From the NCBI GenBank assembly GCA_963744145.1, contig CAVUSO010000001.1, forward strand, positions 3,456,001 through 3,520,000: a DNA stretch of 64,000 nucleotides, written 5' to 3'. Position 1 is the first letter of the stretch. Each line of letters opens with the position of its first letter. The notes under the pieces are model-generated. The model worked only from the letters and a program-made list of their open reading frames with translations. It searched no databases and had not been told where the DNA came from. Shown one piece after another: positions 41,156 to 50,671 of the stretch. The position numbers and the translations under genes were made by a program. The DNA comes from an uncultured cyanobacterium (GTDB lineage: Bacteria; Cyanobacteriota; Cyanobacteriia; Cyanobacteriales; CAWUOF01).

Positions 41156-41356
41156 CTACTCAATGCTTTGAATTAACTTAATGTTATTTCTCAGCCATTC
41201 ATTGACCAAAACCTGAACCTCAATCTGTTTATGTTCAGCAATTTTTGTAATAAATTTCTCGACATCTGGTTCGAGATAAATGGGATAATGAAACGTAGCA
41301 TCTGGATGGTAAAACTTGCCTTGCTCTGCTTGGGAAAAGTCATACTCTGATTTCAT
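41156..41356 (-). CDS. Orphan BrnA/CopG-like antitoxin
   Basis: MKSEYDFSQAEQGKFY...PIYLEPDV...LVNEWLR; no toxin gene upstream. Confidence 0.7.
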   Translation of the reverse strand: MKSEYDFSQAEQGKFYHPDATFHYPIYLEPDVEKFITKIAEHKQIEVQVLVNEWLRNNIKLIQSIE

Positions 41357-41424
41357 AATTGCCTCTTTGGAGTTTACTCTGTTCTTCATTATAGATTGTT
41401 AAGTGATAAGAAAGAAAAACAACA

Positions 41425-44400
41425 ATGGACGAACAACGCATAGCCGCCTATTACCAACTCATCCAAAAACTACTCGAATGTCCCAATCGAGAAGAAGCGC
41501 AAATCTTAAACGACAACTTCGAGTTACTTGATCCCAGACTTTTACAAACCATAATTGCAGTCGCTAAACAATTCGATGATGATGGCAACCAAAAAGAGGT
41601 CAAATTTTTAACTAAGATTAGCTTACAACTGGGAGAATTTATCGGTAGTGACCAGCAAGCAACAGCAATCAGAAAACAGTCAGCCGATATTTTATTGGAT
41701 TGGGGACTTGAGCAATATTACGTTAGCCAGTTTCTCATCGCTTTTCAGTGTTTCCAACAGTGTATCATCATTTATCAAGCCATTCAAGATCGCCAAGGGG
41801 AAACGGCTGCTCTAGGCAATTTAGGTTTGGCTTACCTGTCTCTGGGAGAATATGAACAAGCGATCACTTGCCACAAAAAATCTTTAGCCATTTATCGAAA
41901 AGTCAAAGATATTCAAGGTAAAGCAATTTGTCTAGGAAACTTAGGTCTTGCTTATGCTACTCTGGGAGAATATAAACAAGCCATCTCGCTCTATAAAAAG
42001 TCTTTAAAGATTAGTCAGCAAATCAAAGACTGCGAAGGAGAAGAGAATTGTTTAAGAAATTTAGGGAATACTTACCTCTATCTAGGACAGGTTAAACAAG
42101 CAATTGATTGTTTTAAAAAATCTTTAACCATTAGCCAGAAAATTAAAGATTTCATGGGGGAAGCAATTTCTCTGGAAGGTTTAGGGAGTGCTTACTACTT
42201 CTTAGGAGCCTACAAACAAGCCATAACTTACCACAAACAGTCTTTAGCACTTAGTCAGAAAATCAAAAACTACCAAGGAGTAGCGATTTCTCTGAAAAGT
42301 CTAGCTGATGCTTACGACTCTCTGGGGCAAGTTGAACAAGGAATCTCTTTAATTAAAGATTCTTTAGCCATTGTTCAGGAAATTAAAGACCCCCGAGGGG
42401 AAGCTTCATGTCTGACAAGTTTAGGCAGTGCTTACTGTTCTATGGGACAATTTGAATTAGCGATCATTTTGCACAAAAAGTCTTTAGTTATTAGTCAGGA
42501 AATCAAAGATCCTAATGGGCAAGCTTCTGCTCTAGGAAATTTAGGCATTGCTTATTACTCTCTAGGACAATTTGAACTAGCTATCATTTTCCACGAACAG
42601 CAATTAGCTATTAGTCAAGAAATTAAAGATCCTAGAGATGAGGCTACAGCACTGGGAAATTTAGGCAGTGCTTACTACTCACTAAAAGAATACGGACGAG
42701 CGATCTCTTTCACCGAACAGCAATTAGCGATTAGTCAAGAAATTAAATATCGCCAAGGGGAAATAAATGCTCTGGGAAATTTAGGCAATTATTATTTAGT
42801 TCTGCAAGAATATCAAAAAGCGATAGATTTCAACGAAAAGTCTTTAGCCATTAGTCGAGAAATCAAATATTCTAAAGGAGAAGCAAATGCTCTGGGAAAT
42901 TTAGGCAATATCTACCTGTTGCTGGGACAAATTAAAGAAAAGATCATTTCTTTTAATAAGTATTGGGTCATATCGTCAGAAATAAAAGATATTCAAGGAG
43001 AAGAAATTTATTTTCCTCCAAATTTAATTACTGCTGCTAGTTTTTACAAGCAGCAATTAGCCATTTTTCATAAAATAAAAGACCGCCAAGGAGAAGCGGT
43101 TTCTCTGATAAATTTAGGCAATGCTTACTACCAATTGCAGCAACCAGAGAAAGCTATCAAAAATTATCGAGACAGCCTGAAAATTGCCACTCCCAAAACT
43201 ATGCCATCCGAATGCTTTCAAGCTGGTAAAAACTTTGGTCACGTTGCTTTTACCCAAGGTAACTGGAATCTCGCTTTAGAAGGATACGAACCTGCCATAC
43301 AAGCAATCGAACAACTGCGCCAAGGTTCAACTACCGACAAACATCGCCAAGAAATTATTAAAGAAGCCATCTCCGTTTACGCCAACGCTGTCCAATGCTA
43401 CATCAACCTCAAACAATACGATAAAGCCGTCGAAACCGCAGATCGTTCCCGATCGCGCCACCTCGCTGACTTATTCGCTAGCAAAGACCTCTACCCCCAA
43501 GGTGAAATTCCCCCCGAAGTCAAAGAATACTATCGCTTGCAACAACAAAGTAACCGTTTGCGTTTCTCTGAAAATGACGGCACAAAAGCACTTGGCACTA
43601 CTCGCCAACCAACCCCCAACAATGACGTAATCATCGAAAAGATTGAAGCAGAAAAACAAAAAGCTTGGCTGAAAATCCGCAGTAAAGATGAAGTTTTGGC
43701 GGGTCAATTGCAACCAGATCCCCTCAGTTTCGACCAGATGCAAGCCTTAATTCCTGATGCTGAAACCGCGATCCTCAATTTCTACACCACTAGCGAACAT
43801 ACCCACATTTTCGTCTTGCGGCAAAATCAACCAACCCAACTCTACACCTGCGAAGGTCAAGGAATTGAAACTTTGCAAATTTGGCTATTCAATAACTGGT
43901 TAAAACTTTATACAGAAAACCAACCCGCATGGCAAAATCAGATTGGTAAAGTTCTCTTAGAACTCGCTAACCGTTTGCAAATTAAAAACCTAATTTCCGA
44001 ACATCTTAACGGCATCAAAGAACTGATTATCATTCCTCACCTGTACCTGCATCAAATCCCCTTTGCTGCCTTACCTTTAAACAACATTTCTATTCTCCAC
44101 AGCGATCCAAATTCTGGCCAAACACGCGGCTTAAAGCCTCCCAGCAAACCCACCATTACCCCTACCAAAACCCCACCCCAACAACCCGAATACCTCGGCG
44201 ATAAATTCCGCCTCCGCATCATTCCCAGTTGCCAAATACTCAACTTTTGCCACCAGCGAGGCAACCTCAAACCTGCGACAATGGGAATCGTAGAAAATAC
44301 CACTGGTGACCTCATTTTCACTGGCTACGAGTGCGAAACTCTGGCAACTATGCACCAAGTTGATAAAAATTATCGCATCCAATACCAAGAAGCAACTATC

Positions 44401-44976
44401 GGCAACTATCAAAAATTACTGAACCAAGTGCAAGTTCTCCATTCTAGCCATCACGCGAGTTCCGATCTGAATAATTCCCTCGAATCAAAACTGTATTTAT
44501 TCGACGGTGAAATCAACGTCGGTCGTATTTTTACCTGGAGATTTAAGCACTTAGCTGAAGTGTTCCTCTCCTGCTGCGAAACAAATTTAACCTCTACCCA
44601 AATTACCGACGATCCCCTCAGTATTGCCAGTGGTTTTCTCTGTGCGGGGGCGAGAAATGTAGTTAGTACCTTGTGGGCAGTTGATGACTTAGCAACAGCT
44701 TTGTTTTGCATTTTGTACTATCAAGAAAAGCAAGATCATAGTCGTTCGGAAGCGCTGCGTCAAGCACAATTTAAGCTCCGTAACTTGACAGGAGATGAAT
44801 TATCTGCTAAGTATAAAGGACAATTAGAAGATTATTTTAAATATAAAAAAACGGGGAAAAATGCAGAAGAAATTATCAAAGATGCGCGGTTGCTTTTAGA
44901 TTTCCTTTGCCGGCAAGAATTGCCTTTTGTAAGTCCCTATCATTGGGCGGGATTTATATCACAGGGTTTAGCCTAA
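41425..44976 (+). CDS. TPR-repeat + CHAT (caspase-like) protease
   Basis: About 12 40-aa TPRs (LGNLG.AY..LG.Y..AI....SL.I.QEIKD..GEA); IIPH..LHQIPFAAL, VLHSSHHA (His), VFLSCCET (Cys), VVSTLWAVDD, SPYHWAGF. Confidence 0.93.
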   Translation: MDEQRIAAYYQLIQKLLECPNREEAQILNDNFELLDPRLLQTIIAVAKQFDDDGNQKEVKFLTKISLQLGEFIGSDQQATAIRKQSADILLDWGLEQYYVSQFLIAFQCFQQCIIIYQAIQDRQGETAALGNLGLAYLSLGEYEQAITCHKKSLAIYRKVKDIQGKAICLGNLGLAYATLGEYKQAISLYKKSLKISQQIKDCEGEENCLRNLGNTYLYLGQVKQAIDCFKKSLTISQKIKDFMGEAISLEGLGSAYYFLGAYKQAITYHKQSLALSQKIKNYQGVAISLKSLADAYDSLGQVEQGISLIKDSLAIVQEIKDPRGEASCLTSLGSAYCSMGQFELAIILHKKSLVISQEIKDPNGQASALGNLGIAYYSLGQFELAIIFHEQQLAISQEIKDPRDEATALGNLGSAYYSLKEYGRAISFTEQQLAISQEIKYRQGEINALGNLGNYYLVLQEYQKAIDFNEKSLAISREIKYSKGEANALGNLGNIYLLLGQIKEKIISFNKYWVISSEIKDIQGEEIYFPPNLITAASFYKQQLAIFHKIKDRQGEAVSLINLGNAYYQLQQPEKAIKNYRDSLKIATPKTMPSECFQAGKNFGHVAFTQGNWNLALEGYEPAIQAIEQLRQGSTTDKHRQEIIKEAISVYANAVQCYINLKQYDKAVETADRSRSRHLADLFASKDLYPQGEIPPEVKEYYRLQQQSNRLRFSENDGTKALGTTRQPTPNNDVIIEKIEAEKQKAWLKIRSKDEVLAGQLQPDPLSFDQMQALIPDAETAILNFYTTSEHTHIFVLRQNQPTQLYTCEGQGIETLQIWLFNNWLKLYTENQPAWQNQIGKVLLELANRLQIKNLISEHLNGIKELIIIPHLYLHQIPFAALPLNNISILHSDPNSGQTRGLKPPSKPTITPTKTPPQQPEYLGDKFRLRIIPSCQILNFCHQRGNLKPATMGIVENTTGDLIFTGYECETLATMHQVDKNYRIQYQEATIGNYQKLLNQVQVLHSSHHASSDLNNSLESKLYLFDGEINVGRIFTWRFKHLAEVFLSCCETNLTSTQITDDPLSIASGFLCAGARNVVSTLWAVDDLATALFCILYYQEKQDHSRSEALRQAQFKLRNLTGDELSAKYKGQLEDYFKYKKTGKNAEEIIKDARLLLDFLCRQELPFVSPYHWAGFISQGLA

Positions 44977-44998
44977 TACCACATAAATAAAGTGCGAT

Positions 44999-45495
44999 AT
45001 GGTACAAATAATCCAAGCCAAAGACATTACCCTAGAAGAATTAAAAAACCTTTTTAATCTTCAGTTAGTACAAGATGACCAATTCTTCAGAGAATGGCAA
45101 GAAAACCTCCCCGAACTCACGGACTTTCAAAAACAACAACTAGACCAGATCAAAGCGGGTTTTTTCAATTTATTAGAACATCCACCAATGCTGGAAAAAA
45201 CTGTCAATATGGCGATCGTCTCTCCACTTCTATTTATTGGGGAGTTTTACCTGCAACCTTTTTACATCAAGCCAGAAAAATCCATTGAAATTGTTGAGGA
45301 AGATGAAGGTGTTATTATTAAAGGTAGCCTCGACACTTTAGTATTAAAAGAGCAATTGTGGCTGATGGTGATTGAGTCTAAGCGAATTTCCTTTTCCATC
45401 GAAGCGGGACTGGCACAAATCTTAGCTTATATGTTAGCAAATCCCGACCCAAACCAACCCTGTTACGGCATGATTGCGACAGGGGGCAGTTTCAT
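44999..45495 (+). pseudogene. Small type I restriction HsdR-N-like nuclease, 3'-truncated by IS605
   Basis: FFREWQ..LPEL, G.LD.LVL....W.MVIESK, QILAYML, GMIATGGSF followed directly by the IS left end. Confidence 0.75.
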
Positions 45496-45582
45496 AGAAA
45501 TAACTCGGTAAGTGGGAAACTCAGTTCTTTAGAACTGGGAGGGAAACGGCTCGTGCGGTTTTAACCGCCAGTAAATATTTCT

Positions 45583-45990
45583 TCAATTAGCGGAGTGGTG
45601 TGGGTCTTCTATGTATTTCTTAACCACTTCACTACTAATATTACCTGCTGTGCTTACAAAATAACTGCTTGTCCAAAGACTAGGTAATTTTAATAATTGT
45701 GGAAACTCTTTTCTTAGATAATTACTTGACCTTCCTTTAAATGCTTTAACCACCAGTGCGGGGGTGTCTGTCGGTTTAACTGCCACAAATAGATGTACAT
45801 GATCTGGGGCAACTTCTAAGGCTAAAATATCCCAACCTTTCTCTATTGCCAAAGCTAAAAATATCTGACGGATTCTAGTTGCTATATCGCCGACTAGAAC
45901 TGGACGGCGACGCTTAGGGATAAATACAAAATGGTAGTTAAGCAGGAACTTGACGTGATTGTGGGTTTTGTATTCCGGTAAATTTAGCAT
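45583..45990 (-). CDS. tnpA: IS200/IS605 HUH (Y1) transposase
   Basis: YHFVFIPKRR, PDHVHLF (HUH), KG.SS..LR, LWTSSYFVST.G, catalytic Tyr in KKYIE. Start at 45990 or 46017. Confidence 0.93.
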   Translation of the reverse strand: MLNLPEYKTHNHVKFLLNYHFVFIPKRRRPVLVGDIATRIRQIFLALAIEKGWDILALEVAPDHVHLFVAVKPTDTPALVVKAFKGRSSNYLRKEFPQLLKLPSLWTSSYFVSTAGNISSEVVKKYIEDPHHSAN

Positions 45991-46068
45991 AAAAAGATTG
46001 TAGATATAAGTTGACAAATCAACTATACTACGTTATGCTGTTAATAACAAGATAGAAAAGGAAAGAAA

Positions 46069-47373
46069 GTGGCTAAAGCTAGAAGTAAGACGCCAAAAAA
46101 AACCAAAGTACCGTTAGGTGTTCAGCAAAATTTGATCAATGCTGAACCAGAGTTAAAAGCAATTCTTGAATTTATTTGCTCGGAGTCGAACAAACTCCAC
46201 AATTGTGCTACCTACTATGCGCGTCAAATGTGGTTTAAAGCTCACCAATACGTCACCAAGTTTGACATAGTAAGGAATCTTACGGAAAATGTGCATTTCT
46301 CTGCACTACCCTCAGATGCAGCAGTGCAAACTTGTATCTCAGTGGGAGAGTCAATTAGCTCTTTTGCCAAGTTACGGGGGTTGTGGCTAAGTGGTCAACT
46401 TGAAACTAGACCCAAACTACCCAATTATCGAAAACCGGGGTATCAATTAGTTGCCTATCCTAAACGGTCACTAAGGTTAATTGATGGAAAGATTAGATTC
46501 CCTTTAGGATTACAGGTCAATGCTTGGTTTGGCATCAAAGAATTTTTCCTACCAATGCCAACTAACCTAGATTTTGAGTCTCTTAGAGAGGTCAGGATAC
46601 TCCCTAGAAACGGTTGCTTTTATGCTGAGTTTATCTACCCAGTTCTAGTCGAAAAACCTGTCCTAGACCCAGCTAAATGTTTGGGGATAGACCACGGTTT
46701 GAATAACTGGTTGACAGCCGTTAGTAATGTAGGGACAAGTTTTATTATTGATGGCAAACACCTAAAGTCAGTCAATCAATGGTACAACAAACAGGTCGCC
46801 AAACTTAAAGCTAATAAACCCGAAGGTTTTTGGTCTAATCGTTTAGCTGCAATGACGGAGAAACGTAATAGACAAATGAGGGACGCTATCAACAAAGCGG
46901 CTCGGATAGTGATAAACCATTGTTTAAATAATGGGATAGGAACTTTAGTTTTTGGTTGGAATAAAAGTCAAAAAGATGGGATAGAGTTAGGCAAAAAGAA
47001 CAATCAAAACTTTGTCCAAATCCCTACGGCTAGGCTTAAAGCAAGAATTCAAGAACTTTGTGAGTTGTTTGGCATTAAGTTTGCCGAAACTGAAGAAAGT
47101 TATACCAGCAAGGCTAGTTTTTTAGATGCTGATCCCATCCCAACTTACGGTGAAAAACCCGCAGGATGGACAGCATCAGGAAAAAGAGTTAGCCGTGGTT
47201 CCTATCTCAGTTCCAAAGGCACTAAGATAAATGCCGATTGCAATGGTGCAGCCAACATTTTAAGAAAAGTAGCGGTGGAGCTTGGGCTAGTCCTAAGTGA
47301 AATCAGTAGAGGTGTCTTGTACGCGCCTTTGAAGTTCAGGATCTGGACTCTTCAAGAATCTCAGTGTCTTTAG
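46069..47373 (+). CDS. tnpB: RNA-guided endonuclease TnpB
   Basis: RuvC triad GIDHG, TEESYTSK, INADCNGAANI; the Zn-finger is replaced by an ASFLD-type segment. Confidence 0.93.
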   Translation: MAKARSKTPKKTKVPLGVQQNLINAEPELKAILEFICSESNKLHNCATYYARQMWFKAHQYVTKFDIVRNLTENVHFSALPSDAAVQTCISVGESISSFAKLRGLWLSGQLETRPKLPNYRKPGYQLVAYPKRSLRLIDGKIRFPLGLQVNAWFGIKEFFLPMPTNLDFESLREVRILPRNGCFYAEFIYPVLVEKPVLDPAKCLGIDHGLNNWLTAVSNVGTSFIIDGKHLKSVNQWYNKQVAKLKANKPEGFWSNRLAAMTEKRNRQMRDAINKAARIVINHCLNNGIGTLVFGWNKSQKDGIELGKKNNQNFVQIPTARLKARIQELCELFGIKFAETEESYTSKASFLDADPIPTYGEKPAGWTASGKRVSRGSYLSSKGTKINADCNGAANILRKVAVELGLVLSEISRGVLYAPLKFRIWTLQESQCL

Positions 47374-47388
47374 ACCTGAGAGTATCAA

Positions 47389-47575
47389 CTAACTTAAGTA
47401 AAAAAGTAACCCGACTCACACCAATCAAAGTCGCTGCCATCCCTGAAGATAGCTGATTCATTTCAAATAGCTTAACTGCCATTGCCCATTTCGCCTCTTG
47501 TTCAAATTCTGCTCTTGTCTTTCCTGTAGCATCAGGAAATGTATCTGGATAAGTAATCTTAAATTCTAAAGACAT
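47389..47575 (-). pseudogene. UPF0175 family protein, 3'-truncated by the IS605 right end
   Basis: EAKWAMAVKLFE...LSSGMAA.L.G.SRVTFLLKL, then the frame runs into IS sequence. Confidence 0.75.
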
Positions 47576-47780
47576 CTTGTTTTTTCTCCATATTTTTACC
47601 GTTCAGTTAATCAATATCGTAACGCAGTCAAGACCCGTCGAGGATTCTGGCGGGGCATGGCCGTACCCAACCAATAAGCAGTTTCTTCTTTACCCATTTA
47701 GACAGAAAAGAAACAAGAGCGATCGCTGTAAGTATAGGTTTAGTATTGTTGCAACAGATATGACCTTAATTTCCTCAACA

Positions 47781-47990
47781 TTACTTTTGATCTTGGCGGA
47801 GTTTTGCAATATTCGCCCAAAATTCCTCTCTGGTGACGGAATTTAAGATTTGCTGACGTTCTTGGGTGTATTGGGTGTAGTTCCCTGTTCCCCATCCCAT
47901 TTCTTTCAAAAATCGAATAGTAGCGACTTGACCTAAGTTGTCAAATAAGACTTGATAGCCTTTTTCCCGAAGTTCAAAGGGTGTCATCAT
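47781..47990 (-). CDS. Small hypothetical protein, antitoxin-like
   Basis: ELREKGYQVL...LG....IRFL...G.G.GNYT..ERQ pattern typical of PIN-toxin partners; GGAG RBS; 9-bp internal duplication (YTQYTQ). Confidence 0.55.
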   Translation of the reverse strand: MMTPFELREKGYQVLFDNLGQVATIRFLKEMGWGTGNYTQYTQERQQILNSVTREEFWANIAKLRQDQK

Positions 47991-48015
47991 GTTTAGTCTC
48001 CTTCAGATTGAGAGC

Positions 48016-48098
48016 CAAAAAGAGCCAGTTCATCAATTTGCCAGCGATCACACAATGCGGCAATCTCAGCAATGGGCAAGTCGATATTTTTCTTAACC
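48016..48098 (-). pseudogene. Fragment of a second MNT antitoxin gene
   Basis: Near-identical to 49401-49483 within the intact MNT gene. Confidence 0.7.
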
Positions 48099-48370
48099 AT
48101 CCCGTTTTTCGGCAGGGGGAGGGGGGCAGAGAGCAGGGGGAAAGCTGATGTAGTAAGCATCAGGAAATTCAATAATTTTTACTGATCACCACAAGTACGG
48201 GAAAACCATTTCGCGCTTCTTCGATCGCTTTGTGAATATGATCGATCAATGTTGTGATTATGGGTATAAGGCGAATTGCCAGAAAGTACCTACATGGGAA
48301 TTGAGCAAACGGCGAGTGTTCCGGCGATCAATATGGTACAATAAAATTATTGAGTTTAAAAAATTAAATC

Positions 48371-48607
48371 ATGAGTACGTCCAAAAATGAACCAACATTG
48401 GTTGATGTAATTGAAAAATTGGATAAACTATCGACAAATGTGGATCAGCTATCGATCGATGTGGATCAGCTATCGACTGATTCAGAGAAGTTTAACGATC
48501 GCTTTGCTAATTACCAGCAGGCAACTCAGTGGGTGGTACAACTTGCTTTTACTTTAATTGCTAGCGCCACCATTACGGTGATTATCACCTCAGTTTTACG
48601 CAAATAA
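48371..48607 (+). CDS. Small coiled-coil protein with C-terminal TM helix
   Basis: 78 aa; VDQLS repeats; YQQATQWVVQLAFTLIASAT hydrophobic tail. Confidence 0.7.
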   Translation: MSTSKNEPTLVDVIEKLDKLSTNVDQLSIDVDQLSTDSEKFNDRFANYQQATQWVVQLAFTLIASATITVIITSVLRK

Positions 48608-48841
48608 TGGCGATATGGCGATCTGATAGCCCCCCCATCTGAATTCTCTCTGGCGTTGCTTAATTAGGGTATCAAAATACAATACTTCGGACAGTTTTTG
48701 ATTGCCAACGGTAGAATAAAGGTTTCCTCAACCTATTACTCTCGCTCTGTCAATGAAAAATCAAGGGTTTCAGGCTATGACCTAAAAACTGTCCAGACTA
48801 TTGATATAATTGAATATCGGATATTGCGGAGGAGAAACTTT

Positions 48842-49181
48842 TTAATTTCTCTCAGCGATCGCGTTTTCAAGAACTGGAATAAGTCGCGGCAGTTCTACTT
48901 GAATAACTCGCCAAACTACTTCCAAATCAATATCATCGTACTTATGAGCGAGAACATTTCTCATCCCAATAATCTGATGCCAAGCAATATCAGTTATTTC
49001 TAAACCTGTGGGGTTGGATACTCGACGTGCTGCTTCACCCAAAACTTCCATCCGTCTAGTAACAGCGTCTTGGAAAAACACATCCTCAAAAAACTCCTCG
49101 ATCGTTCTTCCTGATACATAAGAAATCAGTAACTTAGCAGCATTAAGCATATCAAGTAGATAATGCGTGTCTTTAGTTCAT
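48842..49181 (-). CDS. HEPN (HepT/DUF86) RNase toxin; native start apparently frameshifted
   Basis: QDAV.RR.EV.GEA, GMRNVLAHKY (RX4HXY), DLEVVW. ATG at 49181 is one base out of frame; in-frame ATG at 49150. Confidence 0.85.
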
Positions 49182-49509
49182 AGATAGTGATAGCTGTAGA
49201 TAAAATTTCTTGTTTCCGCAAGTAATTGCGACTCCCTTCAATTCCTTTCCGACTAATTAGATCGACTTTACGCCTAAAAATCACCTCTAACTCATCTTTA
49301 ATATCGACCAAATCAAATAATGTACGACGAGCATCTTTAGCGAATAGGTAAAGAATGTCAATATCACTATCAGGACGAAATTCTTCCCGCAAAACAGAAC
49401 CAAAAAGAGCCAGTTCATCAATTTGCCAGCGATCGCACAATAGGGCAATTTCAGCGATCGGCAAGTCGATATTTTTCTTAACCTGGTTGGGGAGTTGAGC
49501 AAGAGGCAT
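49126..49509 (-). CDS. Minimal nucleotidyltransferase (MNT/MntA) antitoxin
   Basis: LFGSVLREEFRPDSDIDIL (GSX10DXD), RKVDL; upstream of HEPN. Confidence 0.9.
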   Translation of the reverse strand: MPLAQLPNQVKKNIDLPIAEIALLCDRWQIDELALFGSVLREEFRPDSDIDILYLFAKDARRTLFDLVDIKDELEVIFRRKVDLISRKGIEGSRNYLRKQEILSTAITIYELKTRIIYLICLMLLSY

Positions 49510-49685
49510 AAATATACTCCATATTTCCTGCGCGTTCTAAATTATTTGATGGTGATATTTGAGCTGGTACTTTTTTCTGTTCATTAGCGGATAGTTCCTT
49601 CGATTAATTTTATGATGCGATCGCTACCCATTTAGACAGAAAATAAACAGGGGCGATCGCGATCGGTGTATGGCAAAATAAACTG

Positions 49686-50141
49686 CTATATTTCTGACTT
49701 ATTTTCATCCAGGTTTTTAATTTCTTTAACCAGAGCGGAATATTTGTCCATAAGCTTTGATTCTTCAGCAGATAAAATTCCTTTCTGTTTGCGTAGTAGT
49801 AAACCAGCAATACGGATCAACTCTTCCTGTTGATTTTCTGGTAAGTTTTGGAGGATTTGGTTTCCCATATAAATAAATTCAAATTGAGTATTCACTTTGT
49901 CAATTCCTTGTTTAAATTCATTTTTTACTTTTGCAATAAATTGGTTCCAGTTCCAGGTATTGGAGTTGATGTTGGCGTCGGGGTCTTCAACCTTGTCCAT
50001 CAAGCGATCGCGATGTTGGGCCAAATTCTCCAGTGCGGAGTCCAGCGATATCAAATTTGTCTTCACCGATGCAATTTTTTTTGCTAACGGTTTGCGTTTA
50101 TCAATAATGCTATTGATTTGCTCGGTTCTAAGTACATTCAT
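49686..50141 (-). pseudogene. Coiled-coil ORF, possibly an internally deleted remnant of a larger (dynamin-like) gene
   Basis: RTEQINSIIDKRKPLA.KI..V..NL resembles, from memory, N-termini of cyanobacterial dynamin-like proteins; no GTPase motif present. Confidence 0.3.
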
Positions 50142-50279
50142 AGGATAGCTATTTTTAACCCGTATTTTTAAGTATAGGTTATTTGACCTGATCTAAATTA
50201 GATTTTACACATTCTTTATCTTTATGGCGGTAGACAAAATCACAAAAATAACTTATAACTAAGTTGAGTAACTCTTTTT

Positions 50280-50526
50280 ATACCAATAAACCCATGAAAT
50301 TGCACTTAATCTGACGTTAATCTGTTAGGCTCAGGGCAGGTTTATCATGGTGATCTGTTGGTGACAGAATTTATTGGTGAACCTGCCTCTACCAATTTTA
50401 TCCTCAATTTGCGGGTTTCTGTAGGGGTGGGTTCACCGAGATTTTTGCTATTTACCTACTAATCATAAAAACCCACCCCCACCCACAGATCAATCTGATC
50501 AATGTATCTTCATCGTCAATTGGTAT
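50280..50526. repeat. Degenerate MITE-like element containing REP-like hairpins
   Basis: Ends ATACCAAT / ATTGGTAT; internal GGGCAGGTTT...AACCTGCC and GGGGTGGGTT...AACCCACCCC pairs. Confidence 0.5.
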
Positions 50527-50671
50527 TAGTCTCACTATCTATACTTAGCGATCGCAGTTGATCCTCAAAATATCGCTTGATCCGATCGCTAAATTAATCA
50601 CACAATATCTCTAAAATCCTGGCTAATTTCCCTGTATAATACCTAATATTTGGAGCTGATCAAAAGAAAAA

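Larger units (their letters stand above)
45496..47388. mobile_element. IS200/IS605-family element (IS605 type: divergent tnpA and tnpB)
   Basis: Left hairpin CTCAGTTCT-TT-AGAACTGGG (45520-45539) preceded by GAAA; right end GAAT-CTCAG-TGTCTTTAGAC-CTGAG-AGTA-TCAA ending at 47388; TTCAT immediately 5' of the left end. Confidence 0.85.
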
